Assembly (NCBI GenBank): GCA_017400345.1
Contig: JAFPTG010000003.1
Coordinates: forward strand, 5,813-69,812
DNA: 64,000 nt
Source of the DNA: Oscillospiraceae bacterium
Lineage (GTDB): Bacteria; Bacillota; Clostridia; Oscillospirales; Ruminococcaceae
Direction: 5' to 3'
Below are positions 38,146 through 47,876 of this stretch, piece by piece. Each line of letters begins with the position of its first letter. The stretch's first letter is position 1. Made by a program: the position numbers and the translations under genes. A model generated the notes under the pieces. That model made no database searches and was not told where the DNA came from. It was given only the letters and a program-made list of their open reading frames with translations.

Positions 38146-41100
38146 TTAAGAAAGCAAAAAATGAGCATAGCTGCCGTTTTGGGTAGCAGAGACAATAAGT
38201 TTATCTTTAATACGATCTTTTAATTCACTCACATGCGAGATAATTCCAATCATGCGCCCGGTGTTTTTTAACTGCATAAGTACTCCAATGGCACAGTCCA
38301 AAGCTTCTTCATCTAATGTACCAAACCCCTCATCAATGAACATAGTATCTATATGAGTACCGCCCGAGAAATTAGCAATTACTTCAGAAAGAGCGAGAGC
38401 AAGGACCAAAGCGGCTTTAAAACTTTCACCACCAGAGAGTGTGCTCACATCGCGCGGTTTACCGGTAAAACTGTCCATAATTTCTAAATCCAGCCCAGAA
38501 GAATGGCGCTTATTTTTCTCTAGTTTACGCTGTAATTTATACCTTGCCATAGTCATCTCTCTAAGTTTCAAGTTAGCAATTTCAATAATCAAATCAAAAT
38601 AAGAAGAGAGCACAAACCTTTCAAAAGAGAGCTTGGCAGAGTTTTGGCCGGATGCCAACCTGTATAGTTCATTTGTTTTGTAACATAGATTGTTATTTTT
38701 TTCTATCTGCTGCCATACAGTTTTTACTTTATTTTTGGTACGCAAGCAAATCTCTATGGTTGCGGAAAGATCTATACATTCTTTTTGGCATGTCGCAAGT
38801 GCGTCAGAACTTTCTTTGCACTTTGCTTTGAGCATGTTTAGATCTTTTGAAAAAGTGTTAGCTCCAATATCTTCTTTAAGAACCGAAAGCTTGGTTAATA
38901 CTTCGCGTTTTTTACTTTCATATTCGGCAATTTCAGCTTCAATGGCAGTACAGTTTAAAACAAGGGCGGTTTTGTATTCTTCAAGGCTCGCAAAGCCAAC
39001 AGATTGATAAGCAGCTTTAAATTTTACAGATTCACTTTCAATTTGAGCTAGCAGCTCAGTAATATTTTGATTATGCAGCTTTATTAAACTTTCACTTTTC
39101 AAAAAAGCAGCTTGTTTTTCTTCTAATAAACCAGCCAACTCTTTAAGAGCGGCTTCGTGTGCGTTAATCTCTGCTTTTAATTTACTTATTTGGTTAACTA
39201 TCTCTTCTGCCGAACTAACCTGTGGGTAAAGACTTTTATTGCGTTCCTCTTTCGCTTTCAAATCAGCGGTTAAAGCTTCCACCTGCAGTTCTAGTCGGGT
39301 ATCGGTTTTTACTTGTTCTTCGTGTTTTGCACGCACAATTTCAAGATTAAACTCTTTATTTTTAAGTAAATTTTCGGCCGGGAAGAGAACATTCACCTGC
39401 TGCTTTATCTCTTGCTCTTTAAGTTCGAGCCCGTGGCAATTTAGAGTTAACTTTTGGTGAGTTAAATTTATTTGTTCTTCATTTGCGAATATATCACTAA
39501 ATTCAAATGAAAACATACCGGCAGAATGTAGAGCATTAAATAATTCTTGCAACTTTAATTGAATTTGGTGTAAATTTTGCGCAGTTTCTTCCAAAGCGGT
39601 TTTTAAAGCTTCTAACATTTGCTGTGTTAAATGTTTAGCGGGTAACACAGCGATTTTTGGATGCTCGGTAGAACCGCAAACCGGGCAGGGAGCAGCATCA
39701 TTTAAAGTTTGCGCTAAAAAACCAGCCTGTTGCTCTAAAAATAATTTATAATCGGCAGAGTAATTTTCTTTTTGCATTTGATGTTTTTGATGCAGCTTTT
39801 TAAAAGTTTGCAGGAGATTTTTAATTTGAGTAATACTACTTTCTTGCAGCTTTAAAGTGTCAATTTGTGCTTTTATTTCTAGCCACTGCTCGCTTAATAT
39901 GATAAGATTTAACTTTTCTTTAGATTTGGCTTTTTGAATTTTAATCTCGGCAAGTTCGACTTTTAAGTCATCACATATTTTAAAATCATCCACTAAGGCT
40001 TCTAAACGCGGTATGGTTTGTTCATATAGTTTAATTTGCTCACTTTTTTGCACCTGCACTGCAAGCTCAGATTTAAGTGCATCAAGCTCTAAAGAAAGGG
40101 CAGAATTTTGCTGGGTTTCTTTCAAAAGTACAGTTTTCAGTTGTTCTAACTGCGTTTGTTTGTCGCTTAGTAACCTTTCTTGAGGCTGCAGATCCTTTGC
40201 TGCACGATATTTTATCACGTCACTTTTAGCTTTTTCTATTACGTCTTCCGATTGCTTTAAAAGTTCAAGTTGAGAAAGCAGCGCAGCTCTTTCTTGAATT
40301 TTAGAATTTAATCGTTCAGTACTTTCTAATTCCAAGGTAAGCTCTTTGCATGAGGATTCTAAATTGGTTCTAACACTTTCTAACTCCAACAATTTACCTT
40401 GTTGAACTTTAATTGAAGCTCCTAACAACTCTAAGGATTTTTGAATGCTGGGCTCAGATTTGCGCAGCTCAGCTTCTAATTCAGCATCTGCTAAACTACC
40501 CAAAACACTTTGCAGCAAGGCAAAAATAGTGTTTTTAGCCGAAGTAGTATAATCGGTCAATTCTTTAGATTTTAACTTTAAAATGTTAGTAAATTCGTCA
40601 ATCTGTTCGGTGCTAAATATTCGCCTAAAAATAATCTGTTTTTCATCACTTTTAGCTTCTAATAAACGTTTAAATTCACCCTGAGGCAGCATAACAATCT
40701 GTTTAAACTGCCGCTCGTTAACACCTAAAAGTTCTTCTATTTTTGCGTTCACAGCTTTTAAATTATCTATTACCTCGCCGGAATCTAAGGTCAGTATAGC
40801 TTTGGAACTTATAACACGGCTGGTATTTTTGTTGGTAGTTTTAACATACGGTGCAAAACGCTTTATTTTAAATATTTTGTCTTTTAAAGCAAATTCAAAT
40901 TCCACAAAACAAGGAGTTTTTTCATCGGCGAAATCACTTTTAAAATCATCCGGAGTGCGTGAAAGCCCGCTTGCTTTGCCAAAAAGTGCAAAAGATATTG
41001 CGTCAAACAGTGTGGTTTTGCCAGAGCCGGTTGGCCCGGTGATTAAAAATATATTGTTTTTTATGTTTTTAAAATCAAGCGTAACCTCTTTAGCAAAAGG

Positions 41101-41148
41101 ACCAAAGGCAGAAAGAGTTAAAGAAAGCGGTATCATATTATTTTGCAC
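38146..41148 (-). CDS. sbcC: SbcC/Rad50-type nuclease ATPase subunit
   Basis: Walker A GPTGSGKTT, zinc hook CPVCGS, signature LSGGESF, DEGFGTLD, with long coiled coils. Confidence 0.93.
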   Translation of the reverse strand: MQNNMIPLSLTLSAFGPFAKEVTLDFKNIKNNIFLITGPTGSGKTTLFDAISFALFGKASGLSRTPDDFKSDFADEKTPCFVEFEFALKDKIFKIKRFAPYVKTTNKNTSRVISSKAILTLDSGEVIDNLKAVNAKIEELLGVNERQFKQIVMLPQGEFKRLLEAKSDEKQIIFRRIFSTEQIDEFTNILKLKSKELTDYTTSAKNTIFALLQSVLGSLADAELEAELRKSEPSIQKSLELLGASIKVQQGKLLELESVRTNLESSCKELTLELESTERLNSKIQERAALLSQLELLKQSEDVIEKAKSDVIKYRAAKDLQPQERLLSDKQTQLEQLKTVLLKETQQNSALSLELDALKSELAVQVQKSEQIKLYEQTIPRLEALVDDFKICDDLKVELAEIKIQKAKSKEKLNLIILSEQWLEIKAQIDTLKLQESSITQIKNLLQTFKKLHQKHQMQKENYSADYKLFLEQQAGFLAQTLNDAAPCPVCGSTEHPKIAVLPAKHLTQQMLEALKTALEETAQNLHQIQLKLQELFNALHSAGMFSFEFSDIFANEEQINLTHQKLTLNCHGLELKEQEIKQQVNVLFPAENLLKNKEFNLEIVRAKHEEQVKTDTRLELQVEALTADLKAKEERNKSLYPQVSSAEEIVNQISKLKAEINAHEAALKELAGLLEEKQAAFLKSESLIKLHNQNITELLAQIESESVKFKAAYQSVGFASLEEYKTALVLNCTAIEAEIAEYESKKREVLTKLSVLKEDIGANTFSKDLNMLKAKCKESSDALATCQKECIDLSATIEICLRTKNKVKTVWQQIEKNNNLCYKTNELYRLASGQNSAKLSFERFVLSSYFDLIIEIANLKLREMTMARYKLQRKLEKNKRHSSGLDLEIMDSFTGKPRDVSTLSGGESFKAALVLALALSEVIANFSGGTHIDTMFIDEGFGTLDEEALDCAIGVLMQLKNTGRMIGIISHVSELKDRIKDKLIVSATQNGSYAHFLLS

Positions 41149-41198
41149 TCCAACTTTTTAATTTATATACATTTAAGCTGATAATTGTTTAAATAAAT

Positions 41199-42350
41199 TT
41201 ATTTATTAAGATCTTTAATAACGTCATTTACAATTGTTAAATACTCGTCATCAAGCTTGTTGTTTGTAAGCTCTTTAAAGAACATTTTAAACATTCCACT
41301 AATATCCTGCTTAAGCTCTTTGTTTATAACAGCATCAAAATTTATATCTTCATTCGCAGCCACAGAGAGCCCCAAAACGTTATCAAAAACCTGCCGAAGC
41401 CTAAACATACCGTCAACCACATTATTATCTTTTAATTTAGCAAATATATAATCTGCGGGGTTGTGCACATATTTTTGCGGATTTTGCGTTATATCGTCAA
41501 TAAAACCAGAGATAACACAAAGATCGTGAAGAGTTGCTAATTGCTGCGTTTTAACCTTTAAATTGCCTTTTTCTTTAAGCTCAATTATAGTTACGCTTTT
41601 ATTTTGTGCAGCTTCGGCAATTGAATATTTAAGTAAAGAACCGGCATATCTTATATGGTCTTTTGCAACTTTTTGCGCGCAATGAAGATGCCCGAGCGCA
41701 ATGTAGTCAAAAAATTCAGCTGGGCCAATATCTATAATATCCATGCCGCCAATGGGCAGTTCGGAATCAATAACATCTAACTCAGAAAAAGCATTTTTTA
41801 CTTGTTGAAAGTAAGAAAAAAAACCGTGCGCAATTAAAATATTACGTTCGTTGGTCTTAATGTTTGGTTTATTATGGTTAATAATAGCAGTAAAGGCTTC
41901 ACTTAGATTTTTAAATTTTAAATCAAAAACATGCATGGCCTTTTCTAACGAAAAATATGGTAAAAAGAAGAAATTAACAGATCCAAAATCATCCGCAAAA
42001 GTTAACTTTGGCAGTGTGCTTTCAAATTCGCCTATAATATGCAGCCCTTGGCTTTGGTATAACCTGTTACCAAAAGCAAGCCGTGCAGCACTGTCGTGAT
42101 TGCCGGCAATTGCGAGTACTTTTACATTTGTTTCGGTGGTAACTTCATAAAGAAAGTTATCTAGCAACCGAATAGCTTCTATGGAAGGAACGCTTTTATC
42201 GTATATATCTCCGGCGATAATTAATATATCTATATTTTCTTCTTTTAACAACTTCTTGAGATTGTGCAGAATAAAAGCTTGATCGTTTATTAACGAATAA
42301 CCTGCAAGCGTTTTGCCAAGATGCCAGTCGGCAGTATGTAAGATTTTCAT
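41199..42350 (-). CDS. sbcD: SbcD/Mre11-type nuclease subunit
   Basis: Phosphoesterase motifs HTADWHLG, AGDIYD, AGNHD and GHLH. Confidence 0.93.
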   Translation of the reverse strand: MKILHTADWHLGKTLAGYSLINDQAFILHNLKKLLKEENIDILIIAGDIYDKSVPSIEAIRLLDNFLYEVTTETNVKVLAIAGNHDSAARLAFGNRLYQSQGLHIIGEFESTLPKLTFADDFGSVNFFFLPYFSLEKAMHVFDLKFKNLSEAFTAIINHNKPNIKTNERNILIAHGFFSYFQQVKNAFSELDVIDSELPIGGMDIIDIGPAEFFDYIALGHLHCAQKVAKDHIRYAGSLLKYSIAEAAQNKSVTIIELKEKGNLKVKTQQLATLHDLCVISGFIDDITQNPQKYVHNPADYIFAKLKDNNVVDGMFRLRQVFDNVLGLSVAANEDINFDAVINKELKQDISGMFKMFFKELTNNKLDDEYLTIVNDVIKDLNK

Positions 42351-42372
42351 AATTTTTACCTTTTCAATAAAT

Positions 42373-42963
42373 TTATTTATCTTTCGGTACTTCTCGGATT
42401 TCTAATGTTTTATCTTTGCAAAGAATACCATCTAAATGATCATTTTCATGACAAACACATTTTGCCCAGAATCCGGTTGCTTTAAAAGTGAACTTGTTGC
42501 CGTTTTCATCAAAAGCCTTTATAGTAACGTTTAATGGCCGTTCCGTTTTGTAGATATAACCAGGGAGAGAAAAACAACCTTCCCAGCTAATCTGATTCCC
42601 AGAAGTTTCTGCAATATTCGGATTTATAAATACTAACGGTTGACCTGGCTTTCTGTGCAATTCTTTATTGTCATAAATTAGCTCTCCTTCTGCTTCTTGT
42701 GAAATTACAAAGAAACGATCAGTGTAACCAACTTGAGTAGAAGCCAGACCTGCACCGTTCTTTAACGAAAGGAAGGTATCTTTTATATTTTGTATTTTAA
42801 TGTGAGTACTCTCATCAAAATTCTCAACAGGAGAACATTTTGTTCTTAGAACTGGATCACCCTCTACGCACACTTTTAAAATTTCAGCATGTGCAACGAG
42901 TGCAAAATTAAATAATATAGCAATGCTGAAAAACAAAGGGAATTGTTTTTTTATAAATCTCAT
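42373..42963 (-). CDS. def: Peptide deformylase with predicted N-terminal signal peptide
   Basis: All three PDF motifs are present: GAGLASTQVG, EGCFSLPG and HENDHLDG. The N-terminus MRFIKKQFPLFFSIAILFNFALVAHA-EIL is signal-like. AAAGGAG lies 8 nt before the ATG. Confidence 0.85.
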   Translation of the reverse strand: MRFIKKQFPLFFSIAILFNFALVAHAEILKVCVEGDPVLRTKCSPVENFDESTHIKIQNIKDTFLSLKNGAGLASTQVGYTDRFFVISQEAEGELIYDNKELHRKPGQPLVFINPNIAETSGNQISWEGCFSLPGYIYKTERPLNVTIKAFDENGNKFTFKATGFWAKCVCHENDHLDGILCKDKTLEIREVPKDK

Positions 42964-43082
42964 GATTTTTTCTCCTTTACATATAATTATAAAAATACAG
43001 CCACAACCTTAACTTAATTATAACTTACTCGAACTTATATTGTCAAATATTAACTTAGGTCAATTTTTTTGTGTAAAGCCTG

Positions 43083-43111
43083 TTGACAATTGGGCAAACA
43101 TTTGGTATTAT
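43083..43111 (+). promoter_or_regulatory. Promoter of tRNA-Leu
   Basis: TTGACA-17 nt-TATTAT with upstream TGG, about 18 nt before the tRNA 5' end. Confidence 0.6.
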
Positions 43112-43129
43112 GTTAGCATAAAGAAGATT

Positions 43130-43211
43130 GCCGATGTGGCGGAATGGCAGACGCAGATGACTCAAAATCATCCGGGAAACCATGGGGGTTCAAGTCCCTT
43201 CATCGGCACCA
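43130..43211 (+). tRNA. tRNA-Leu(CAA): tRNA-Leu (anticodon CAA), CCA encoded
   Basis: GCCGATGTGGCGGAATGGCAGACGC...ACTCAAAATC...long variable arm...GGTTCAAGTCCCTTCATCGGCACCA. The acceptor stem is complementary. Confidence 0.9.
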
Positions 43212-43245
43212 AGTTTAACTTTATTGCCAGGCTTGTTGTGGCGTA

Positions 43246-43275
43246 ATTAAAGGGTTGCGGTAGCAGCCCTTTAAT
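43246..43275 (+). terminator. Hairpin terminator after tRNA-Leu
   Basis: ATTAAAGGGTTGC-GGTA-GCAGCCCTTTAAT, a 13-bp stem with one G-U pair. Confidence 0.55.
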
Positions 43276-43284
43276 ATATTAGAA

Positions 43285-43293
43285 GGGGGGGGG
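43285..43293 (+). repeat. G9 homopolymer forming the RBS region of the MFS gene
   Basis: AGAAGGGGGGGGGTAGTG, with the GTG start at 43296. This is the longest G/C run I saw in an otherwise AT-rich host region. Confidence 0.8.
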
Positions 43294-43295
43294 TA

Positions 43296-44552
43296 GTGGC
43301 AGAAGTAGTAAAAAGAGTTAAGGAAAAGATTTATTCCGCTTTAAATTTAGAGATGTTTTCTAATAACTTTTTAAAGTTTTCGAGTATTCATTTTGGCAAC
43401 TTAGTAGGTACGAGTTTAATTAATACATTTATTAATACATTGTTCTATAGACTTGGCGGTGGCATAAAAGATGTTTTACTTTTTAATTTAATAGTATTTG
43501 CCATAACACCGTTTGCCAAAATTAGTGCGGTGTGCTTTTTAAAGAAGAAAAATTTTACTCAAAATTTTATAGTTAGTTTTTTAGCATATATTGTGGTTTA
43601 TATTTTATTCTTTGCGCTTTTACTTTTTAGGAGTCTAATTTTAACTATAATGGTAGCTATAGTTTTTGCACTTGGTAATGGTTTTTATAAAATTGCATAT
43701 TCGCTTTCACTTACTCAATATATTGGGCATAATAGACGAGGCATGGCAATGAATTTAATCGGCATCTATTCAGGCTTTGTAACTGTGGTTATACCAATCT
43801 TTTTTGGTCAGGTAATATCTTTATTTAAGGGTTTTATTGGTTATGGCATTCTAATTGGATTTTCTGGTGGTGTGCTTTTGAAGACTTTATTTTCCGCCAA
43901 AGAGTTAAAAAAAATTGCAGAACCAACTACATATCCGCAATTTAAGAAGGCAATTTCAATAACTTTTAACGGCAAAGCTTGGTTATTGAGTTCGCTTGGT
44001 GAACTTTGCCAGGGAGTTCGTGAGGGGCTAATTGGTTTTTTGCCAGCAATAATATTATTTGAAATTGTGCAGAAAGAAAGCATAGTTTCGGTGAGTATAT
44101 TATTAACAGGACTTTTAACTATGGTGGCAAACAAGATTTATGGCGCTATTTTAGAGCGTTTTAAACTTAGTAAAAAGTCATTTATGCAGATGGCTTTGCA
44201 TATTTTAATGCTGAGTGCTATGCTGTTATTTTTTAAATTGAATATTGTTACAATAATAATTTGGACGTTATTAAATGCATTTTTTCAGGTTTATGTAACT
44301 AATCCAACACTTAGTATATTTTATGCATTAACAAACAGAGACAAAGAAAATAATGCATTAAAGCCGGAGCTTTTTGTGGTAAAGAGCTTTTTTTCTGCAT
44401 TGGGCAGATGTTGGGGAATACTATTATTATTTAGTATACTTTCTTGTAATAAACGCTATCCTATTATACTTTTAGCTGTTACGGGTATGCAGTATTTAAC
44501 TTTATATTTTTGCAGCAGAGCAGAAGCAGCTATGAAGAGAGAAGGGAGGTAA
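43296..44552 (+). CDS. Polytopic membrane protein, MFS-like transporter
   Basis: 418 aa with about 12 hydrophobic segments. GTG start. Confidence 0.6.
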   Translation: MAEVVKRVKEKIYSALNLEMFSNNFLKFSSIHFGNLVGTSLINTFINTLFYRLGGGIKDVLLFNLIVFAITPFAKISAVCFLKKKNFTQNFIVSFLAYIVVYILFFALLLFRSLILTIMVAIVFALGNGFYKIAYSLSLTQYIGHNRRGMAMNLIGIYSGFVTVVIPIFFGQVISLFKGFIGYGILIGFSGGVLLKTLFSAKELKKIAEPTTYPQFKKAISITFNGKAWLLSSLGELCQGVREGLIGFLPAIILFEIVQKESIVSVSILLTGLLTMVANKIYGAILERFKLSKKSFMQMALHILMLSAMLLFFKLNIVTIIIWTLLNAFFQVYVTNPTLSIFYALTNRDKENNALKPELFVVKSFFSALGRCWGILLLFSILSCNKRYPIILLAVTGMQYLTLYFCSRAEAAMKREGR

Positions 44553-44559
44553 AAATAAT

Positions 44560-45120
44560 ATGAATATGATATGGAGACAGGAAGGGTGGCCCAATTGGGA
44601 TAGCTTACCAGTGTTTACAATGAAAAATTTTATTAAGGGCGGGCGTTTGAGTAAGCCGTTTTTTCAAGCGCGTATATGCTATTCAAAACAAATTGGACTG
44701 TGCTTTAAGCTTTTTGCATATGAAAATATTGCATACTACAAACAGTTGCCAGGTTACTTAGGCAATCATATAGAACTTGTTTGGAGCCTTAAACCACAAG
44801 TTGGAGTTGTGCATAAAATAGTAGCTAATATAGACGGAATAGAAAATACAGAGGGAGAAACTTTAATAAAAACTGAAAAAATATTAGGGGAGGATCTGCA
44901 GGGCAAGTTTTGGGGTATTCAAATTATTATGCCAAATGAATTGATTGAAACTGAGATTAATAAAAAGTTTAAAGCAGATGATGTTTTTATGTTTAATGTA
45001 TTTAAATATTGGAGAACAAACTTAGAGTATAATCATTGGGGGCAGATGTTTGGCGATGTTTTGCAAAGCAGTAAAAAACCATTTTCAAACGATTCTTTAT
45101 GTAAATTAATTTCACTTTAA
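44560..45120 (+). CDS. Hypothetical protein
   Basis: 186 aa. GGAGG precedes the ATG, and the gene lies 7 nt after the MFS gene. I recognise no motif. Confidence 0.5.
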   Translation: MNMIWRQEGWPNWDSLPVFTMKNFIKGGRLSKPFFQARICYSKQIGLCFKLFAYENIAYYKQLPGYLGNHIELVWSLKPQVGVVHKIVANIDGIENTEGETLIKTEKILGEDLQGKFWGIQIIMPNELIETEINKKFKADDVFMFNVFKYWRTNLEYNHWGQMFGDVLQSSKKPFSNDSLCKLISL

Positions 45121-45133
45121 GCAAGGCAAAAAA

Positions 45134-45168
45134 TTACATACCATTGTTTTTTAAACAACGGTATGTAA
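45134..45168. terminator. Hairpin between convergent genes
   Basis: TTACATACCATTGTT / AACAACGGTATGTAA stem with one mismatch. Confidence 0.5.
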
Positions 45169-45220
45169 AATATGATTTTTGTGATAGGTCGAATTTGGTG
45201 TTATAAATTCTTTAAATGTG

Positions 45221-46732
45221 CTACGCATCAAAATCGTCTTCCCAACCGCCACCGCCGGCTTCGTCCGTTTTCGCTAGCTTTTGAGAAGATACTTTTTTAC
45301 CGTCACGGCGTGAAAAATCCATGGAAGAATCGGACTGTAAACTATCTAAACTACCTTGAGTAGCTACCATAAAACCAACTTGCGCTTCGGTAAAATTGGT
45401 GCCAGATATGCTTAATTCACGTAAATCTAAAAGAGAAATTGTTACCACTGCAGTAGAGGTCAATTGATCTTGTCCTTCTAAATTTAGTTTTTGTAAATCT
45501 AAGCTAAATTGCAGGCCATTAAGGCTGGTAATTGGTCCAGCAGATTCAACACTTAAATCTAGTTCGGTTATGGTACAGATTTCACTAACAGTAATATCAT
45601 CATCCGGCTGTTTGAGAGGTTCGCTTAATTCTTGCTTTTTTTTGTTTATTACACTAACAATTGCTGCTTTTAATTGAGGATCTTCTATATCTACAATTTG
45701 AGCTTGAATTTTTTCACGGTTATTTTGAATTAATGTTTTAAGCTGCACAATATGATCAATTTGCTTATCAACCTGTGCCAGTTGGGTATCTATTGCTTCG
45801 GATTTTTCCGAGGGAGAGACAGAAGATGAAGTTGAAGATTCTATAAAATCTCCCTTAGAATCAAATATGCTACTTAGTTCGCTTACTATTTGATCGATTT
45901 GAGCGCTTAAGTTTTTAGCATCGGTAGGTTCCAGTTCCTTTTGTTCTTTTTCTTTTTCTTCAGCTTCTCTGGCGGCCTCTTCAATAGCAATAATTTGCTG
46001 AAGCTGAGTGGAACATTTATCTTTTAAACCAGAGATAGTTTCTTGCCATTGTTTATACTCTGGACTTAAGGCGGAAAAATCTGTTGTTGTGGTTCCGCCA
46101 GAAGAATCGGGATCTAATGCGTGTAATGCTTGTTCAACTTCTATAAAGCTTTGTAATATACGTTTAAAATTACTTTCAAACATTGCTGTTATTTTATCGC
46201 ATGAGTTGAGTTTTTCTTCAAGCTGAGAAACAACATCTTTATCTGTAGCGGAATCAAGGCTAGTTGAAATCGGCTGTAATTTTTGCAAAGCAGCCTTTAT
46301 TTTAATATTTAATTTTTTAAACGATACTAACAGATTCTTTTTAGTGCTTAATAATTCCAATTTTTGTTGTTCAATATTTTGTTGCTCTGTATTTTGTTGT
46401 TCGGTAGTTTTAGTTGGAGAGTCTAGACAAACTTGAGATACAGAAAGACGTGAGGAACTTCTTAGAGAGATTGGGAAACCAGTTTTTAAGGAGGCTGAAA
46501 CAGAGGGGAAGTTACATTGTGACATTGACGAACGGTGTTTGGCATCGACCCTGGGGCGCGCAGAAACACTTGACGGCGAATCAGAAGATGTGGTTGTTTC
46601 TTTGTCTGCTTTGTCTGATTGATTTGAAGAGCCGCCAGGAGCTAACTTTGGTGGCATAGCCAGAACATTAAACTCTAAAGATTGAGTGAGAAATACAACA
46701 CTACCAACTAAAGTACATATTTTTTTATTCAT
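45221..46732 (-). CDS. Secreted coiled-coil protein with C-terminal LRR-like region and acidic aromatic tail
   Basis: TAGGAGAG RBS and a signal-like N-terminus. It has TEQQNTEQQNIEQQK repeats, long coiled coils, LRR-like LDLSVE..LNGLQFSLDLQKLNLEG..LDLRELSISG, and ends in GGGGWEDDFDA. Confidence 0.55.
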   Translation of the reverse strand: MNKKICTLVGSVVFLTQSLEFNVLAMPPKLAPGGSSNQSDKADKETTTSSDSPSSVSARPRVDAKHRSSMSQCNFPSVSASLKTGFPISLRSSSRLSVSQVCLDSPTKTTEQQNTEQQNIEQQKLELLSTKKNLLVSFKKLNIKIKAALQKLQPISTSLDSATDKDVVSQLEEKLNSCDKITAMFESNFKRILQSFIEVEQALHALDPDSSGGTTTTDFSALSPEYKQWQETISGLKDKCSTQLQQIIAIEEAAREAEEKEKEQKELEPTDAKNLSAQIDQIVSELSSIFDSKGDFIESSTSSSVSPSEKSEAIDTQLAQVDKQIDHIVQLKTLIQNNREKIQAQIVDIEDPQLKAAIVSVINKKKQELSEPLKQPDDDITVSEICTITELDLSVESAGPITSLNGLQFSLDLQKLNLEGQDQLTSTAVVTISLLDLRELSISGTNFTEAQVGFMVATQGSLDSLQSDSSMDFSRRDGKKVSSQKLAKTDEAGGGGWEDDFDA

Positions 46733-46766
46733 ATTTTTCTCTCCTATATTAAAGTCATTAACTTGA

Positions 46767-47876
46767 TTAAAAATCTAAGTCATCAAGAGCATTGTCTATA
46801 TCGTCAACTAAGCCATCTGCGAGGTCATCTGCGGTAAGCGTTGAATAAGTTGAAGTGGCGGTTTCAAACCGATCAACTAAGCTTTGCATTTGATCTGAAT
46901 AATGTTCTAGAGACTCTTCTGGTAAATTCCCGATTGGTGCTTGCAAGGTAGAAAGTTGATCTGTAATGCTGGTTTTTAATGTTTCGAATGTTTGGTTCTT
47001 CGATCCATCCAGAGTAGAACCAAGTTGTGCAGTCGAAATTTCTTGTTCAATTTCTTGAACAACAGTTTCAAGTTTTTCTATATTACTATTAATTTGTTCT
47101 ATAGTTTGTTCAGCTTGAGAAATCTTAGCTTGCTTTTCTTGCTCGGCTTTAATGCGAGCCTCTTCTTCAAGTTTGGCTTGTTTTTCTTGTGCGGCTTTTG
47201 TTAATTGTGTGCGAATAACTTCTAATTGTTGCTTTAAATTACGAACTTGTTCTTCGTTTAAGACGTTTTCGCCTTGGGTGTTCAACAGAGCATTTATATC
47301 TTCGTATTGTTTTTGGGCTGCTTCAAGATTTTCAATTGTTATATTTATTTCAGCGATTTTACTGCCGATGTCGTTGTAGAATTCTTCTGCCATAGCTTTT
47401 TTGCGGTCGGTTTGTTCTTGCTCTTTAATAATATTAGACAAACGCTTAAGTTCATCCTGTACACTTGCTAAGCTTGTGTAAGGACTTCCTGTAGATGAGC
47501 TTACTTGCTCAAACACGTTAGGACGCGAAGCTAATAAGATAAAACTCCTATAAATTACTGAATAAGCCTCTTTTAATGCAGTATTTGCAGCATCAAATTG
47601 ACCTTCTGTAATTTTTGCTTGAGCTACGCTAATGTTACGTAAAATATGGCGAGCTGCACTTTTAGCGAGATCTTCTACAGCAGATGCTGTTTCGGTATTT
47701 GGGGCAGTTCTACGATCGGGGTTATTTGTGAGTAAAGGTGTATTTTCTTCTTTTTTACTGTTGGCAGGTTTACTAAAGCAACAACCAGCACCCACCTTAT
47801 AGAAATTTGCACCAGTTGTGATAATTGACATTACCAACATTTTTGCAACAAAATGATTAATGTTTTTGTTCAACAT
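46767..47876 (-). CDS. Secreted or membrane-anchored coiled-coil protein with acidic tail
   Basis: It has an N-terminal hydrophobic segment followed by GAGCC, Q/E-rich coiled coils, and ends in DDIDNALDDLDF. Confidence 0.55.
   Translation of the reverse strand: MLNKNINHFVAKMLVMSIITTGANFYKVGAGCCFSKPANSKKEENTPLLTNNPDRRTAPNTETASAVEDLAKSAARHILRNISVAQAKITEGQFDAANTALKEAYSVIYRSFILLASRPNVFEQVSSSTGSPYTSLASVQDELKRLSNIIKEQEQTDRKKAMAEEFYNDIGSKIAEINITIENLEAAQKQYEDINALLNTQGENVLNEEQVRNLKQQLEVIRTQLTKAAQEKQAKLEEEARIKAEQEKQAKISQAEQTIEQINSNIEKLETVVQEIEQEISTAQLGSTLDGSKNQTFETLKTSITDQLSTLQAPIGNLPEESLEHYSDQMQSLVDRFETATSTYSTLTADDLADGLVDDIDNALDDLDF

Noticed and set aside
43040-43246. 68-aa ORF covering tRNA-Leu
   Set aside because: The region folds as a canonical tRNA-Leu(CAA) with its own promoter and terminator, so the ORF is an artefact.
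45172-45363. 63-aa plus-strand ORF downstream of the 44560-45120 gene
   Set aside because: It overlaps the 3' end of the well-supported minus-strand 45221-46732 gene and the inter-gene hairpin, and has no RBS.
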